Of a stretch of 64,000 nucleotides of DNA, positions 41,171 to 54,290 are shown in pieces (position 1 is the first letter of the stretch; each line of letters opens with the position of its first letter). This DNA comes from Octopus bimaculoides (Eukaryota). The notes beneath the pieces were generated by a model. The model saw nothing but the letters and a program-made list of their open reading frames with translations. It was not told where the DNA came from and did not search any database. Made by a program: the position numbers and the translations under genes. The stretch lies in the NCBI RefSeq assembly GCF_001194135.2, contig NC_069000.1, positions 7,113,372 through 7,177,371 on the forward strand. Direction: 5' to 3'.

Positions 41171-41629
41171 TTTTTCTAGTGGAGACAGTGACACATGCCT
41201 TTTTCCATAACAATAAACTCCGCAGACGATACAAACTGAAGCGTAACAAAAAACAGTACATTACTGTTAAGAAAGAACCAACTTGTTGATTTGATTTTTG
41301 CATACGGACGAAACTACGGTTACAAACAGATACACGAGACTACACTACAACATACACACAAGGACGAACACACAGAGCCACAAACGAACTCATGATCAAG
41401 TTGTTCCAACCATGGCCATCTGGTTTTCCAGGACATTACCCTGTGCAAAACAATTTGAGGGAGATTTAGCTGTTATTTCCTACAAGATACACACACACAC
41501 AAAAGACACAGAAACTAGCAGTCTGTCATGTGGTCAGTGGAGCTGAAATAAATTGTAGCCAAAACACCCTCAAATTGCACAAGGAGTGTCTTAAATGAAG
41601 AAATCTCAAACAAACAACCTAAGTGGAAC

Positions 41630-41800
41630 AAAATGGTTTAGGGGTTAGGGTGTGGGATTCCTGATCGTAACATTGTGGTTTCAATTCCAGGACTGGGCAA
41701 TGTGTTGTGTTCTTGAGCAAAACACTTTCATGTTGCTCCAGTTCACTCAGCTAACAAAAACGAGTAATTTGTGAAGGACAGGCGTCCCACACAGGAAGGG
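41630..41800 (+). mobile_element. tRNA-headed SINE fragment
   Basis: ggtttcaattccaggactgggcaatgtgttgtgttcttgagcaaaacactttc..cagttcactcagct. Confidence 0.6.
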
Positions 41801-42024
41801 GGTTTAAAAAAATTTTTTTTTATGAAACAACTCAGGCTGTCTGGTCACCACTTGGCACTTTTGATCATAGATCTGCAGAAACAGTTGTCTGAATTGGGAT
41901 TAAGCAAAAATCCAAGAATTTCAACAACCCATGCCAGCATGGAAAACAGATGTTAAAGGAGGAGGAGGGGGATGATGTCATCATCATCTAATGTCCACTT
42001 CTCTTATGCTTGCATAGGTTGTGC

Positions 42025-42375
42025 AGAATTTGTTGTAAATTTTTTATACAGCTGGATGCCCTTCCTGTCAACAACCCTCACCTGTTTCCAAGCAAGGTAA
42101 TATTTCTTCATGACCAGACATTTTCACAAAAGATGGGAAACGAAAGACACTGCTTGCACAACGGTGACACTTGTTTACAACTGTCACATGATGTCAAGCA
42201 AAGAAAGAAATATATACACACATATGCAATGAGCTTCTTTCAGTTTCCATCCAGCAAATCCACTCATGGTTTTGGTTGGCTATAGCAGAAGACACTTGCC
42301 CAAGGTGCCAGAGTAGGAACTGGAAACTATGTAGTTGGGAAGCAGCTCTGTTATCACGCAACTATGCTTGCACCT
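42025..42375 (-). mobile_element. Composite SINE family B with RTE-like tail
   Basis: gctggatgcccttcctgtc..aaccctcacctgtttccaagcaaggtaatatt..cttctttcagtttcc..agaagacacttgcccaaggtgcc..ttgggaagc. Confidence 0.7.
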
Positions 42376-42569
42376 ATCCAATATCTGTGTGTGTGTGCAC
42401 ATAGTAATATACAAGCAACGATACATATATATTTATATATATTAATGACTGAATCCTACAAGTGAGTTTATATAATTATATATATTTAATTGGGTATGAA
42501 TATATATCTATCTTTTATATATATGTGGTTATATATATATATATATATATGTATATATANNNNNNNNNN

Positions 42570-42624
<55 letters not shown>

Positions 42625-42629
42625 TACAT

Positions 42630-43020
42630 GGTAATATATAGGCAATGATATATTCAGGTAAACAGGGAAATATTTATAAAGGTAATAGAATCCTAAAAGT
42701 AAGTTTATTTATATAGGTAATATATTTATAAAAGGTAAGTTTCAATAATTATACATATTTATACAGGTAAGAAAATATATTTACATAGGTAAGAACATAC
42801 ATACATATATTTATATAGGTAACAGAATTATACAGGTAAGTTTACATATTTATATAGGTAATGTATTTATAAAAGGTAAATTTATACAATTATACATATA
42901 TTTTTACAAGGTAAGAATATATTTAGATAAGTAATAGAATTATACAGGTAAGTTTATATAATTATATTCATATTGATACAGGTAAGTATGTATGTTTGCG
43001 TGTGGGGGGAGGGGGTAAGT
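42630..43020 (+). repeat. AT-rich degenerate minisatellite built on (A)GGTAA(G), i.e. 5'-splice-site-like motifs
   Basis: 15 GGTAA on the plus strand (42630, 42657, 42681, 42716, 42734, 42766, 42788, 42818, 42835, 42857, 42874, 42910, 42947, 42981, 43014). Eight are GGTAAG, five GGTAAGT and three CAGGTAAGT. Confidence 0.85.
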
Positions 43021-45020
43021 TTATTAAGTTCTAAATAAAACAACAGCTTTGGAAGGTTGAGTTCTGTTTGTCCTTCTGGAATTCAATTAACACTCACACA
43101 CACACACACACACACACAGAGTTTACATAGCAATAATGAAATAATTAAATTTAATTTTGAACACCAAAACAGTAAGAAAAGAAAATAGCAGGAGAAAGTG
43201 TGTGTGTGTGTGCATTTGGAGTGCTGTATAAACTTTCTTATTAAATCTATTTTGAAATTTATCATCCTCCACATTATTATTATTATTATCTAAACAAGTG
43301 ATGCTGTGTGAGGAGAGAGAGAGAGAGAGAGCAAAGTTGTCATTGACAAATCAATAGGTTTGTTCCTTTGTTTATCAAACACTTGTTCTGTTGTCGTTGG
43401 CAACGATGAAGTCCCTACAGGGACAACATTATCACAAATCTGCACAGACTCAGAATCAAGAAAGAAAACTACAACACAACAAACCACAAAAGAAATATTA
43501 ATAAACAAATACATAAATATATTGGTCACATGCTTTTGATCAAAAATAGAGGAAGCGGTTGGTACTGTTCTTTTAGTAGAGGATTGTTGTTAAAATAGGA
43601 GAGAGGGAGGAAGAGAATGGAACAAGGAAAGAATGACAGTGTGTGTGTGTATACACACACATATGTATGTATGAGAGAAAGAGGAGGTGGGAAGATGCAA
43701 CAATCGTTGTGAATTGTCAAAAGAGATACCACCTCTTCCAGGTGTCACTGTATGTTGATAGGATAAATAGATATTGTTAAATGTATAGGCAGAGACAAAC
43801 AGATAGATAGTTATGGAGAGAGAGAGAGAGAGAGAGAGGTAGAAAGTGAAACAGATAGACAGACAGATCATTATTTTAAGTCTACATTTCATGTTGCCAT
43901 GGACTGAAAAGTCTGATGAGGATGCAATGAGTCAGAAAACTGCTTCATGCTCTATTGTCTATTTCTACAGCTAGATGCCCTTCCTCATACCTACTACTTT
44001 ACAGAGTGTGCCAAGTGGTATTTTCATGTCACCAGCACAAAATAGGTACAGTAGAGATAGTGTATATAGCAGACACTAGCTCACTGTGTATTATGCTGAA
44101 CCACACTCAACAGTGACAGCTAAAAAACTCAGAGTATGTATATCAATGTACATTTCCATTATGCAAAAACAATTAGCACATCACTAAATAAGCAAATTAA
44201 CTACTATCACAATACTATTCATGCAAATCAGATTTTCTGGTTAGTGAAGTCACTGTTAGTAGCACTGAATGTATGGCTGTATAAAAACACAAACATCCAC
44301 AGACACACAATCACTCTGGGAAAAGAGACAGGTAATTACACAACTTTTGAAGTGTTGCTCTAAATAGGCCTGAAACCAGTCAAGTGGACACAGTTTTTTG
44401 GGGGGATGGGGAGAAGAAATTGTTAAAACATTTGGCTAAAATTTATACTATTTACATAATATGCATTTACGTATGTATAAAGAGATATACACACACACAC
44501 TAGAGACATATGTGCATGTCTCCCTCTCTGTGTATATACACACACATATGTGCGTGTATATATAAGACAGAGAGAGAGATGATTGAGAGTTGATCAATAT
44601 TGTGACTGACAACAGCTGGAATGATGTGTTTAACATTCACTTCCAGAGTCAATATTTCTATGTACAGTTATATAGACATACAGGTATGTGTACGTGCATC
44701 TATGTACAAGTTTGTGCTTGTATGTTACAGGTTTATTCTATGAATACACACACACACACACATATACATATGTGTATATAGTGAAATGCACATGTGTATG
44801 TATATATATATTTTCTGTGTATATATGCATATGCACACATTTATATGGGTGTCACCTACCGTTGTATATACAGGTTTGTGTTGTCCATTTCTCCATGTAC
44901 ACAAGTTTGTATGACCATGCTTGTCTATACACACGCAGTTGTGCATGGTTATGCATCAGTGAATGTGAGTGTCTACACCTTCAAATGAATACTTCTATGT
45001 CTATACATGTGTGTGTGTAA

Positions 45021-45071
<51 letters not shown>

Positions 45072-45717
45072 TAAACAAAATACAGTATATATATGAGCAA
45101 GTAGCTCTGAATTTGATTATGCATACATAGAAGCATATACGATTCATATCAATATCTGCATTCGCATACATGCTTGTGTATGCATGCATATACATATATG
45201 CATGTACATGTGTGTAGATATGTATACACACATATGTGTCTGTGAAATTTTCATTTTAAAAAGGATTCTAAACCAACGTCACATCTTGTCTATTGATTTC
45301 ATAAACTGTGTAAAGCAGTGTTTATGTATGTAGGTTGATCTATGTATGTTTGTCTGGCAGAGAGAGAAAGAGAGAGTGAATATGTGTGTGTGTGTGTGTG
45401 TGTGTGTGTACATGCATGTATCTATCAGTATGCTATATATANNNNNNNNNNNNNNNNNNNNNNNNNNNNNNNNNNNNNNNNNNNNNNNNNNNNNNNNNNN
45501 NNNNNNNNNNNNNNNNNNNNNNNNNNNNNNNNNNNNNNNNNNNNNNNNNNNNNNNNNNNNNNNNNNNNNNNNNNNNNNNNNNNNNNNNNNNNNNNNNNNN
45601 NNNNNNNNNNNNNNNNNNNNNNNNNNNNNNNNNNNNNNNNNNNNNNNNNNNNNNNNNNNNNNNNNNNNNNNNNNNNNNNNNNNNNNNNNNNNNNNNNNNN
45701 NNNNNNNNNNNNNNNNN

Positions 45718-45779
<62 letters not shown>

Positions 45780-46004
45780 GGTGTATTAAAGTAGGCCAAC
45801 AATAAATACAAGAGAGAGAATCAATGTAATAATGTCTCCTCACATTTATTTTAATAAACCACACTGCTACTACCTCCTGTACTGAACCACTACCACCTGT
45901 ACTGCATCTTAATACTACATCTATACTATAGAAATAACCCTTTCCATACTATATGTCTGCTTGAATCTATTTTGCATACAGACGTGTGGACAGACCCTTA
46001 TTAA

Positions 46005-46330
46005 GCAGAGACTCACTTGTTGGGAGACAAACTACCTTGATTGGACGGACACATACACCCACTCGTTTGGGACATAAATTTATATGGAGACATGATCACT
46101 TGCATGGAGATGGACACCCTCCTTTGGGGACAAAAGACCTTGTTTAGAGAGTCTTTTGTGGTAACAGACTCAAGTGTAGACAAATCCCCTTTGTTTAGGG
46201 ACAAACTCCTGTAGAGACAAATCAGTTTGTTTGAGGACAGACTCATGTAGAGACAAACCCACTTGTTTGGGGACAGACATGTAGAAACAAACTTCCTTGT
46301 TTGGGGACAAACCTTCATGTAGAGACACAT
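46005..46330. repeat. Degenerate 34-38 bp minisatellite (GTAGAGACAAAnnnnnTTGTTTGGGGACAGACTCAT)
   Basis: Clear units start at 46174, 46211, 46247, 46281 and 46319, with more decayed units to the left. Confidence 0.8.
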
Positions 46331-46978
46331 ACACTATTATAAGTAATTCTTTCCTTTTATCCTGCCAAGGTCAATAAAATACCAGTCATATATTGAGGGT
46401 TGTACCCACTCTTCACATTTCAGGCCTTGGGCCAATGTAAGAAAACTTTTTTTTTTTTATCTCCCCCAGTTCAGTTATGATCAAGCATACCTAAAATCAA
46501 GGACACTCCAGCAATGACTATCTTATTTTTCTTGCAAATGTGCAGGGTACACAATTTGAGGGTTATCTGGCTGCTACTTCTAGCAAGTGGATCAACCATG
46601 CAGAGGCTCCTTCAACTATATTCTTCTTATTATTACTAACTGAAGAAATGAGAAATAGTCGAATTATTATCAAACCATTACAGCTGAAATCAGTTTATAA
46701 ACAGCCAGCAACTTCACCTCCTGCTCCCCCACCAAGGTAAAATGACAATTGTTGGCCTTGGTAAGATTTCATTCCTGAAACCTGAGACAAGCAGCATCAA
46801 AGCTCACTCCATGCAACCTGTCACAACTCTAACATTTAATCAATCTATTGAAATGGTATATTTAAACAGGCAGTCATTTAACTTCCTTCAATAGACTTAC
46901 ACACACAGCAAACATAAAAACACTTTTAATATATGTGTGCATGTTTGTGTATAATACTTTACATGTGGTGTGTGTGTG

Positions 46979-47029
<51 letters not shown>

Positions 47030-47308
47030 ATCCATAATCACTAGCCTCACAAAATGTTGATCTAACAATTATGGATCAAATATTTTATTTTACACACTCT
47101 CACAATTAAGTTCTTTATTCTAAATGGTTGGACATTGCTTCTTTTGAACTTGTTACCCGCTGGAATACATGTGTGNNNNNNNNNNNNNNNNNNNNNNNNN
47201 NNNNNNNNNNNNNNNNNNNNNNNNNNNNNNNNNNNNNNNNNNNNNNNNNNNNNNNNNNNNNNNNNNNNNNNNNNNNNNNNNNNNNNNNNNNNNNNNNNNN
47301 NNNNNNNN

Positions 47309-47356
<48 letters not shown>

Positions 47357-48460
47357 CTTGATGATTTCTGAATCACTGATATGTTTGTCAATGTATTTTT
47401 TATCAGCCACAGAAAGATGAAAGTCATAGCTAAATTTACACTGATACAGAATCAGGGAGTACATACACATACACACACACACAGACCCCTAAGCCATCAG
47501 AAAAGCTATAGTGGGTCAATAAGGGAAAACAAAAGCCAGGGAGTGAATTTTATGTTCTTTGGGAAAACAATGGACACAGAAAAGCTGGAGTGAGGTCTTT
47601 GGCTAACTGACAATGTATGAGAACTTGAAAGGTAAGAGATGTACAGGGGTTGTTGGTGGTGGTGGTGATGGAGGGAATGGAGTGACTGCTCAGATAGCTT
47701 GTTAGAAACAATATGTTCATTTATTAAAATAACAAGCTAATTAAGTAGAGCTGGGAGTAGATGAGGTGGCAGTATATATTTCACTACTGGTAAGAAAGGA
47801 AGTAAAAATTTGGATGGAATTGTTTCATCAGTTGGCAACAAACTAAAATTCTTCAAGGTGTCCCAGCATAGCCACAGTCTAATGACTGAAACAAGCAAAT
47901 AATAAAAGAAGGGACAAATTTTAGAGGCATGGTGAAGACTATTAAGGTCAATCCCTAAGTATCTGATTGATCCCTGAAGAGAGATAAAGGCAAATCTCTC
48001 GATCTGAACATAAAACGTTAAGTAACAGAATTTGAACTCAAAACATCAAGTAACAACTAAACACTGCACAGTATAATGTTTGGACCCTTACCGATTTATT
48101 GTAATGATGATTTTCAAGAGTGACATGAAGCTATGAATTGAAGGCCAGGTCCTGACAAGGTGTCTTCCCAATCCTCTGCTCTAACCTCACAGATTTGTCG
48201 GGAGAGAGAGTTGACAACCTACTTCAGTTCAGTCATAACTAACATTTTTATCGACCACCCCATCCGCTCCTCCTAGAGGAAGGATTAAAGGTTAACCCTG
48301 GTAAAATTTGATCCCAATATCAACAACTGCCAACACCAATTTTATTCAAATGAGAACTGCATTACTAGCAATATGCTGACATTTCTGCATCACTTTAAAA
48401 TATAAAACTGATGCTTCTAATTATGATTCTGCTTAAGGAGAGATTGGGTAGATGAGAGAG

Positions 48461-48501
<41 letters not shown>

Positions 48502-49162
48502 CAGAGACAGAGAGGGATAGAGAATAAAATAATTAGAAATACTATAGATTTTAGTTAGCCCTAAACAAATGGGGAGGGGTTTCAATAATTATGGAAACAG
48601 CAATAATTATAGAAATAGAGAAGACATAAAAAAGAGAAAGAGAGAAAGAAAGAGAGAGAAAGCATTTTCATTTTTCCTGCTCTATCTCTCCACCAACCAT
48701 TGTGTATATATGTCTATCTGTGTGTGTGTGTGTGGCTGTCTATTTATGTGTGTGTAATTGGATGTTCTGTGAGAGAAATAATCTGAAAGCCAGCAGACTA
48801 GTGTGTAAGGAGATTGCTGTAGAGTGAGTGTTGTTGTCACAGCAAAACTACTGGAGCCAACAGTGAAGATCAATAAAGTGTTAGAGCCAACATACTAACA
48901 GTAATATGGTTATTATGTTGCTACAAAGGCCAGCAAGGAAGGTCAAAGTGCTGACCTTTCACCCAGTGTCAATCAATACTCTCACTCTCACTCTCGATTT
49001 CTCTCTCTCTTCTGTAATGGACAGTGTCCAAAGCTAAGCACAAAAGGAAGAAATGACTGACAAACAAATTACCAGTGTCCAGCTATAGTTGTTTATTATG
49101 CTTTCTGTCTTGAGTATCAATTACTTGAGACAGCAGCACATTCTAGACATTGACAAGAAAGA

Positions 49163-49231
<69 letters not shown>

Positions 49232-49569
49232 TCATCATCATCATCATCGTTGCTTTAGCTTCCACTTTTCCATGCTTGCATGGGTCAGATGGAATTCATT
49301 AAGACAAATTTTCTACAACCAGATGCATTTCTTGTGGCCAACCCTCACCTGTTTCCAAGTAAGGTGATATTTACCCACAACCAGACAATGCACTAAAATA
49401 AGGGACAGAACTCTTCTTACTCCAGTCTGTCCACTTCCTTCCACATCACAACTACACAATGGGGCAAGGTAAGGTAATTACTACAAATTCACTCTTCAAA
49501 TTCAACAACACCATCAATAAAAATGGCAAGAACAAGGACTTCAAGGAACAGCACAGCCATCTTGCTACT

Positions 49570-50200
49570 AATACATAGTTTCAGATGGTTACAGATAGCC
49601 TCTGGGCATATTGTCCCTGTAGCACATACAACTCTTCAGGTGTTAAGTCTGACCACAGAATCATTTCATGCAAATGCCAGGTAAGTTACCACAAGGTCAA
49701 AGTACCAGCTAGAGATTCTATGAAACAAAGCACCTGGGGGAAAATTACAGATGATGTTAACCTATGCAAGGAGTTTACAGTTGTAGTACACAACAAGGTC
49801 ATCTCTCTCTGCAACAGGCTTCAGGACAAATATTGCAGTGCAGTAACTGATATTGTAATCACTGCCAACACAGACATAACACTGGAATTACTCTCAAAGG
49901 ATAGAATGAAGACGCCAACCTTTGCTTCCAATGGGACAGCAGCAAGGCCTGAAAGGATTTGAAGAAAGCAAGCCAGTAAAACCAATCTAGGTTCACTGGA
50001 AAAGGAACCTTAATTCATCTAAAGTCACACAATGAAGCATACAAAGACGTACTAAAAGTGAATATTAAGTAGAAAACTGAAGAACTTCACAACCTCTATA
50101 GTAAAAATTGTGTTGACATCTGAGTAGTTCTGAAGGAATTTTCTAGCAAGAGAGCTTCCACAGTGGCTTGCATTGAGGGAGAAAAACCTTGGACCAACAT
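49570..50200 (+). mobile_element. RTE-type LINE fragment (end of APE endonuclease plus linker), degraded
   Basis: ORF 49585-49962 has S.VKSDHRIISCKCQVS (APE C-terminal SDHR motif) followed by a W..I.DD..L.KEFTVVVHNK linker typical of RTE ORFs. It continues with stops to about 50200. Confidence 0.62.
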
Positions 50201-51034
50201 CCTGATGCATGGTCTCGAGAATTTAAATTATTTCTTGGTAACTTAAAGCTACACAAAACTAAACATGATAATGATCCTTTCTTCAAGCCAACAATCCAGA
50301 TTAGTCATTTCAGTTTAGCAGAGTCTCAAATATACCTAAATATACCTTTAACAAATGTTGTCCAACCTATGCCAGTGGGGAAAGAATAGCCATTACACAC
50401 ATACACACACACACACAAAAAGACACATATATACCTGTTGGTGTGTATGTGGTGTATGTTGACACAATTGTTTGGTTTGCAACAACATGGCTGGGCATTT
50501 CATGATTGTGATATATGTACATACATACCTGCATATATAAAGATACGTGTGTGTGTACACACACACACACACAGACGTAAATATATGTAATATGACAACT
50601 GGCTTTATTGTTAGAAAATTATTACAGTGGGGAGAAGGGTTGGAGAGAGAGAGAAAGAAATATCACATGGGGAGTGAAGCATGGCATCTTCCTCTATACA
50701 GCTAATTTATTATTTTTATTACTGTCATTTAGTAGAGGTGGGCAGCAGTAAATAATACAAAGGAACAGAGCATACCAGTAATACCATGATCAATAATAGC
50801 ATACTGTGTGTGTCAATGATTTAACAACCAAGCAGTAATTTTAACCTGATACACCTTTACAGGTGACAACAATCTGAAAAATATTGGTCTGGTGGTAACA
50901 AAAGCCACACCTTTTAATTAAATGGTTTATTATTATGCAAAAATTGAATTACATACACTTGTATAGCTAGGTGTGTGTGTGTGTGTGTGTACATTATATT
51001 ACACATACCTATATATAGATGTATGTACATGTAC

Positions 51035-51067
<33 letters not shown>

Positions 51068-51077
51068 NNNNNNNNNN

Positions 51078-51108
<31 letters not shown>

Positions 51109-51710
51109 ATACACACACAGGGTAGTCTGGGGATGCATTAAGTTACACACAAACTAAACTCAGTAACCCCAGGAAAGTTGATGATTGTATGGATAAACAA
51201 ATAGAGACAAGAAAAGTTGGAAAAGTTTGTCATAAGGAGTGAGATTTGTTTTCTTTTTCATCTTAAGAGTAATGAGAGGTAAGAATATAATGGTTCTGTT
51301 GCTTGATCTTGGTAAAATGACATTTCTTCAAGTTTGAAATACAAATGAAACAAATCACTTGGTGATAGGATTTACTCAGAGACAAATAAGAAAGGTTTAG
51401 AACTGAACCAGTGACAAGAAGGTATATACACACAGACGATGGCTATTTTAGTTATAAAATGGTTTCTTATATTGGCCCAAAACTATGCATTTGAGACAGA
51501 AGAGGAGTGTAATTCACTAAATCTATTCCCCTGCCACTAACACACATGATGGATAATTATTTTATGGCTGCAAAGAGATGAAAGACAAAATTACATTCTG
51601 AATTAAAATCCCATCGGGAATGTTAGAGAGATGAAACCACATACTTCAAGACATTTAGTAGTCACAGCACTGCCATTTCTATCACTCCACTGACTTTGAA
51701 CTGGATACAC

Positions 51711-51750
<40 letters not shown>

Positions 51751-52381
51751 GGGGAAAAAAAAGAAAAAAAAACATCCCCAGATTACATATAATTTTTAAA
51801 ATGGTAAGTTGTTAAGAGTCTTAGATTAAATGGAAGAATGAGCTGATGTAGGCAAATAACAAATCAAATTAAGGGATAATCAAATGGTTATTGAACCTAC
51901 ATCAATAGATAATACATGGAGAAGTTGTAGAGGGAGAGAAAGAAACTATGGTAAAAATGCTGTTGATGACAAAGTAACATGGAATAAAAATGTTGAGACA
52001 CATGTGAAGGAAAGATGAGAAAAAAAAAAATAATCCCATGTTGTTGTGGTATAAAATTTCCATATTATGACGAGGATCTTTCCTTTGGATGGCATGAAAA
52101 ATTAAAGAGGCGGCAAATACATGACATTATTCAGTGAATCCCAACGGTAAACTTTAGCGCAGCGCTCTGCTCAGTGCCAACAACCACCACTGCAACAGCC
52201 ACCACTATTACTACTGAAATATGCTAAAGTTCATAGTTGAAGCTAACTGAATCCCAGGGGATGACTATCTGAGAGATAAGAGACATTGTGGAAATTTTAG
52301 CTGTTATTAAAGATAAATGGGGATCTCACCATTTCTAATAGCAACGGGAGACATGTAAGCAGTTAAACACAGTAATCACAG

Positions 52382-52441
<60 letters not shown>

Positions 52442-53289
52442 TATAATCTGAGTGAAGTAGTTTCCATTTTCCTGTCAGAGAAATGCCATGATACAAATAC
52501 GACCATCCTTTCTCTGCCAGAAATTAAATTATTTGGTGAAAAAGTGCTGGAGGGTAGCACCAAAGCAAATGAATGAATGCCGTGGCATCACATTAAAATC
52601 ATAAGCCTGCAGGTTTTGATTGATCTGTATGTCTGTCAATTTCATATTTGGCTGGCCTCGGTCAGGCACCATGAATGGTATTATGGAATAGGTGGGTCTC
52701 TTTTGAAGGAATTCTCCAATAATTTGCTAGGGTTCACCACCAAGCCAGAAAATACAGTACTAACTTACACAACAATTAGATTCAGTCACTGGAATTTAAA
52801 TAGAATATGACTTTTGCTAAAATACTGGAGCCTTATTCATTATCTTTTGCCTCAATCACTTTAGCAACACAATAAGCCACTCTACTTAGACATACACTTC
52901 ATAAGTAAATCAATTAAAAACTACAGTCATCACTCATTCTAAGTTTAACTTTTTCTGGGCCCTTTTTCCAAACCAGGTGGACTTGAGTAGATACAGAGTC
53001 TTCCTGACAAATTCCCACACAATACATTGTCCGATTCCAAGTGTAAACGATCAACATTACAATCACCTCACTGTATCTCCCTTGTCTACTGTTGCAATTT
53101 GGCTTTCATTCTGGTCATTTTTCATTATCACTACGTTGATTATTGACCCTCTGACCCATACTCAGCCATCTCCCGTATCTTGCTTATCCTACATAATAGA
53201 AGTTCTCTCAGGCTAATCTTCTATTCCCGAAACAACATTCCTTTGGCACTCCACCCCTGCATTCTTTCAGTGTCCGTTATTCCAGTGAA

Positions 53290-53650
53290 ATAATATATAT
53301 TGGAGTACGAAAGTGCTTTATATGGAAACATATGACAGGGTTGGGATGTACTGAGCAGAGAAGACTTATGGGGAGATACAAACTCCCTCAAATCCATTGG
53401 ATGAACAATGGTGAATGTAGGAGAGAACTTGTACAAAATATTAATATTAAAGACCAGTCCGAGACAACATCTGAGCTGGCTGTACAGGGATGTGATGACA
53501 CCTGTTAGATGGAGCATCATGGTTTAGTAATAATGGAACGTTGCAGTGGGAGAGAAAGACTGAAAGAAATGGTTCGGTTAGATCTGTGGATGTTGGGATC
53601 ATTAGATGAGCCAAAGTGTGTCTATATTGGACTTTAACAGAGGACATAAG
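53290..53650 (+). mobile_element. Highly degraded RTE LINE C-terminal fragment
   Basis: Approximate reading across frameshifts, RQHLSWL...GRERLKEMVRLDLWMLG, resembles the RTE C-terminal RRLRW.GHV...GRP.KTW.EVVR.DLR.LG. Confidence 0.35.
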
Positions 53651-54021
53651 CCCAGATTAAGAGGAATGCAGAAAATTTGGACAACCCATACTAAAAGGTA
53701 AAAACAGACATTAAGATCACGATTGTTGTTGTTGTTGTTGTTGTGGCTTAGTCCCACAATAAGTGTTCTGTGATTACTACCTTGTCTTTTATTTAGTCAC
53801 AGTGTATCTAAGACTATATGAACCAACTTAATCGTTTTTTTAAATTTTTATTTTTAAATGAAAGAGTTTGAGTTGAGGAAAAGTGGGTTGATATTTCTAG
53901 CAAGTCAAACCCCCACCTTGAAGCCCATTTATTGGTTAGAGTCACTGAGGAAACCTCTTCATGTTTGCTTGGCTTGCTAGAAATAGAAACAGGATATTTC
54001 TTCAAATTACACTGCACCATC

Positions 54022-54290
54022 TATACTGTTTATACTAGTCAAAGTGAGGTCCTCATTTCGATTGTTGCTTTCATTACTTTTTGGCTGTTGTAAACTCCAG
54101 CCTTCTTCAGGTGTCATGTGTTGAACTTGGTACAACAACCGAGATCAACATAGGACACCTGAGGAAGACTGGCGCACACAACAGCCAAAGCGTAGTGAAA
54201 GCAACAATCAGCATGAGGACATCAGACCAACTGATATAAACTGTATACGTAATATAAATTCCTCATCTCGAAAACATAGAACTGTACAAC
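54022..54290. mobile_element. Palindromic Penelope-related repeat: inverted dimer of degenerate hammerhead motifs
   Basis: Long imperfect inverted repeat 54049-54220 (gtcctcat..gattgttgctttca..ttggctgttgt..ccag..ttcttcaggtgtc / gacacctgaggaa..ctgg..acaacagccaaa..tgaaagcaacaatc..atgaggac), loosely extending to 54022-54246. Each arm has GACAC-CTGA(A/G)GA-A-G(G/A)CTG-N10-CAGCC followed by a mutated GAAACGTA-GTG. Confidence 0.6.

Larger units (their letters stand above)
30600..41400. other. CpG-retaining (probably germline-hypomethylated) domain centred on the putative promoter
   Basis: Spot counts by eye: 4-6 CpG per 60 nt in lines starting 32221, 33961, 35701, 37921 and 40801, against 0-1 in typical flanking lines (6361, 13801, 27961, 41401, 49621). 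The right edge is sharp near 41.4 kb; the left edge is gradual (29-31.6 kb). Confidence 0.65.

Noticed and set aside
46005-46330. CRISPR-like appearance (about 36-bp units with dyad symmetry)
   Set aside because: No unique spacers (only a 5-nt variable centre), units are degenerate, no cas genes, eukaryotic context.
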